Part shown: piece after piece, positions 61,701-64,000 of the stretch
How the letters are laid out: each line of letters starts with the position of its first letter
How positions within the stretch are numbered: the first letter of the stretch is position 1
Source of the DNA: a virus
Virus record (IMG/VR): IMGVR_UViG_3300042520_002054
Span: 56,709 to 120,708 of that record
Length of the DNA: 64,000 nt
Direction: 5' to 3' (one strand)
Notes under the pieces: model-generated
The model's database searches: none
Seen by the model: the letters and a program-made list of their open reading frames with translations, nothing else
What the model was told of the DNA's origin: nothing
Made by a program: the position numbers and the translations under genes

Positions 61701-62669
61701 TCTAGTAAAATCATAAGGCATATATTCTTCTGCTACATCCCATCCTGAAACTAAATTTTGTTTACTGCCAGATCTTAATTTATTTTGCCATGCACCAGAA
61801 CCAAAAGTAGATTCTCTACCCACAAGAGATAACATAACCCATGGGTCTACATTATTGTCCTTTGCAGCTTTCACAATATCATTTATCATTTCAGGATCAA
61901 CATTAGCTCCTGCAAAACGACCTGATGATAAACTTATTGATTCAGGACTATCATATTTTTTATGATCATTATCTTTTAACTTATCATAAACTTCTTGCGA
62001 TCTATCATAGTACTGTTGATAAGTATCTTTATATCCATAAGTACGTACTGGTGCAACTGGTACCTTAACTGGTGCAGAATTTGAAGTAGTTTTACTAGGT
62101 TCATCGCTAAACAAATAGTTATACAATTTTGATGCTCCGAGCATAAGATTAAATCCAGCGGGTGGTATCATATATCCATATTGAGCTAATTCAAGCTCAC
62201 CACCTTCTTCTTTCTTGTGGTTATATGAAATTCTTTTACTAGATGTTTTTTCTCTTTTAAATCTTGCTTTTTCAGCAGAAGATAATTCTGAAGCTGTTTT
62301 CGGAGTATCAGTAGATACTCTTTTAGAAGGACGACATGCAGGATAACCTTTACGTTTTTGACCTTCTTGTCTACCACATTCTTTACCTGTCTTAACATCT
62401 ACCCACTTTTCAGCAAACCATCTGTCGAGACCGCCATGCTGACCACCATTACCCATTACAGGTATTTCTAAAACACTACTACCCCCAAACTGATACTCTT
62501 CTCCGGGATACATTATTTGACTATTACCCATATTGTCTATTCCTAAAACAGGGAAATCAACATTCTTCATGGAAATTCTACCACTAGGAATAACATTGAA
62601 AGGTCTATTACGATCAACACTATTGCGTTCGTAACCGTACAAAGAAATATATTTATCTAAGTCTTTCAT
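58725..62669 (-). CDS. Mosaic virion protein (candidate polyprotein) including a lytic transglycosylase-like domain
   Basis: Unrelated small domains separated by recurring xxGG motifs; SLT-like AAKDNNVDPWVMLSLVGRESTFG...YN. Confidence 0.7.
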   Translation of the reverse strand: MKDLDKYISLYGYERNSVDRNRPFNVIPSGRISMKNVDFPVLGIDNMGNSQIMYPGEEYQFGGSSVLEIPVMGNGGQHGGLDRWFAEKWVDVKTGKECGRQEGQKRKGYPACRPSKRVSTDTPKTASELSSAEKARFKREKTSSKRISYNHKKEEGGELELAQYGYMIPPAGFNLMLGASKLYNYLFSDEPSKTTSNSAPVKVPVAPVRTYGYKDTYQQYYDRSQEVYDKLKDNDHKKYDSPESISLSSGRFAGANVDPEMINDIVKAAKDNNVDPWVMLSLVGRESTFGSGAWQNKLRSGSKQNLVSGWDVAEEYMPYDFTRFLADKQVPGVKVHKDNHGWNYEVVDVKAIDNYLNKNPQLIANYYKKIESTPDLGSLDSFHLAAQRIKKKGIQNYNPGDPNYSSMVNQDMKLLQSDPKLKAYMKKLGYENGGELSDMKSGGNVPTNPSLWSRAKAAAKAKYDVYPSAYANGFAAKWYKQRGGSWKKAAEGGCFECGGQLEDGGQPEVNSLSPQDLNNWNEFVKYAKRSGAASDERYNHDKKLGYELIKKYNQENPNSSIDKNRVKDYQSYFLNMAAGNTDSGQLGVRTANSFKNGISRVDGFIGLKTLNQMVPKVSTDINGVRTDYGSDFASANKNFASRENLRKYVSYNDATNEQRQAFDQGMLARKKQEVAAQVRKPIASDNPQNYQEFIASGQSWAPAPEGGFYVKEMGGVNYNDMLNQPVFVPTNFYQFGGMSNPLKQIQNMDMKDKLQLAKLAMMFAEDGGEADGGMALTQVNAMIDRLNNLKNFITPESDLDPWVSDKISVMNHSATAINDYMQYGEQEEPEEMREGGIPERYKNMGFSKVGVKKNSTRPGKKWMVLAKKGDDYKVVHGGYDGMKDYTQHGSEKRRDRFWDRMGGKDSAKAKDPFSPLYWHKRFGTWAEGGEPQNEGFQSLPEEVQDKILKRMIGGGEEGDWTKTKTVTNRNIAAYQDKPTRTMVNFGANTTLNPSLYAIEGMDDKGFFGDLAAIALGAGAINNVALGYRKLFGPASKNVTETNTKTGETRTTDVVQQRKDQKELMNQWKQPGMYQEPIQEELRRKQQMQLSVPPMGVDYIPAGSTDFSNMAKYGGYYMQKFDVGGEPMLTKDEWMAQNGRGLMGQELQDEKDYQAYVESWKLANSQQQAAPAQQQTGTTGQTNTAAAPTVKTRSMELDPEGQALAYGTISAISTIANRKNRKDTLKEYEANLQKYGNTDFRFDNNYVNRDMFGQYTTNRAQGQNFIANKTTYAQDQGNQFNYGFGPGFEEGGEYDLTPQQIAAIMAAGGEIEFLD

Positions 62670-64000
62670 TATCTAAAACTCAATAATTGTTTTGTCGTAA
62701 ATAATTTCAATAGCATTTTAATCTCACCGCTTACATTACGTCTCAGCAATAAACGATTACCATAATGACGGAATTTCTTACGCTCAAGAGGTGGTTTTGC
62801 ATAATCAACATAAGTGGGGTTAATCCTCTTCTTGTATCCATTTGCTTCAGTAATCCACATTGGTGTTGCACCTGCAGCAAACTCAAATCTATTTCTAGTT
62901 ACATCCCAGAATTGATTAAACCTATACTTATTTTCTTCTTTTGAAAAATGAATATCAATTGAGTTTGTACCGACAATCGGATATTGTAACAATGCAACAG
63001 GATTATTTTTGGGTTTTATTTGCATATTCAAATTACCAGAAATCTGTTCATTGTTAAATATTACAGCTCGATCAAAATTGTGATCTAGAGGAGAGAAGCT
63101 ATCTTGACAATCATTATAATACTTGTAGTTTTCAAGTAAGTACTCTACACTTCTAGTTGTAGTAACATTGTTTCCACTAGTAACTGGAAATTCAACTTCC
63201 CATGGATAATCTATACCATAGTAATTAGAGTATAAATCACATCTGTCGTTGTGCTTCCAAAACTCAGCACCCTTAATTGTTAAGAAATGCTCATATGCAG
63301 GTAATGTCAAACTAGGATGCCAATCGTGAAAACTAACCCATACTTTAGACTTAGGATCATAACTGATTGTCCAGCTGCAGTCTTCAAAATATTTAGGATT
63401 TGTAAGTTCAACATAGCATCTGCTACCAACCGGTGTTAAAGGTTGGTTTTCTATTAGATTGTAATTACAAGGAACATAAAACTTCTTAGCTTCTATGTCA
63501 TATTTAATTTCTGGTAGTAATGGTTTAAAATCTCTTTTTGTAAAATAGATCAAATCATACTGACCATCATATATTGTCTGGCAACCAATTCCTTCAACAG
63601 GATTATCATAGAGATCATAATCAGGAAATGCTTGCAATAACTTAGATGGTAAGTACTCAGCAAACCAGAGACGCATACCGTTACGAGATATTTCTTCTAA
63701 ACCTCCGCCACCATATTGAACCACTTTACCAATTTTCTGAGAAATGTAAAACAATCCATAAGGAGTATTAACAGCAGATCTATGACTTTGACAGCTTCCA
63801 TATTCAAGAATATCGTCAGCATTTACAAGTGACTGCATATTTTGTTGGAAAAGTCCACCATCACCAATAGTTATCTTAGTACCACCTTGAGTCTGTAGTG
63901 TATCTACACCAACAAATCTTGTAGGTTCAGAATCTTCATATAGAATAACAGCTCCGTTTTCATTAAGCGATTTGATGTTATTCACCTTACCGCCAAAATC
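62669..64000 (-). CDS. Tail stabilization/muzzle protein (crAss-like, P22 gp10-like), C-terminal part
   Basis: Frame is open to the window end (DFGGKVNNIKS...); beta-propeller-like YGSCQS...TPYGLFY, WTISYD...WVSFHDW.P and KKFRH motifs. Confidence 0.75.
   Translation of the reverse strand, partial: DFGGKVNNIKSLNENGAVILYEDSEPTRFVGVDTLQTQGGTKITIGDGGLFQQNMQSLVNADDILEYGSCQSHRSAVNTPYGLFYISQKIGKVVQYGGGGLEEISRNGMRLWFAEYLPSKLLQAFPDYDLYDNPVEGIGCQTIYDGQYDLIYFTKRDFKPLLPEIKYDIEAKKFYVPCNYNLIENQPLTPVGSRCYVELTNPKYFEDCSWTISYDPKSKVWVSFHDWHPSLTLPAYEHFLTIKGAEFWKHNDRCDLYSNYYGIDYPWEVEFPVTSGNNVTTTRSVEYLLENYKYYNDCQDSFSPLDHNFDRAVIFNNEQISGNLNMQIKPKNNPVALLQYPIVGTNSIDIHFSKEENKYRFNQFWDVTRNRFEFAAGATPMWITEANGYKKRINPTYVDYAKPPLERKKFRHYGNRLLLRRNVSGEIKMLLKLFTTKQLLSFR

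Noticed and set aside
1-64000. Stop-codon reassignment (TAG or TGA), known in some Crassvirales
   Set aside because: Genes are long and tightly packed in the standard code, and TAG and TGA end genes right at the next start (e.g. 992, 8069, 5118).

Overview
A 64 kb, AT-rich segment of a crAss-like (Crassvirales-type) podovirus of Bacteroidota, read in the standard genetic code. The + strand (1-16.4 kb) holds the replication and nucleotide-metabolism module: DnaB helicase C-terminus, Sak4-like ATPase, probable SSB, primase, RusA-like resolvase, PD-(D/E)xK exonuclease, PolB, DUF932, dNMP kinase, a class Id-like RNR pair and ThyX. A four-gene lysis cassette on the - strand interrupts this module. 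The - strand (16.4-64 kb) holds the virion module: a tail stabilization/muzzle protein, GG-motif-punctuated mosaic proteins, three giant ejection proteins (one is a 3648-aa virion RNA polymerase with a DLDID motif), two S74-chaperoned tail fibres and fibre accessories. Most notable: (1) a 1314-aa protein that looks like a polyprotein of small mobile domains separated by more than 20 xxGG motifs; (2) a 10-bp TTG(T/G)AGAACT element found about ten times in five intergenic or gene-boundary regions, tied to two promoter-like motifs; (3) a candidate attenuator or small RNA upstream of the RNR genes; (4) a possible reversed-topology single-component spanin. All assignments come from motif recognition by eye; no database searches were run.
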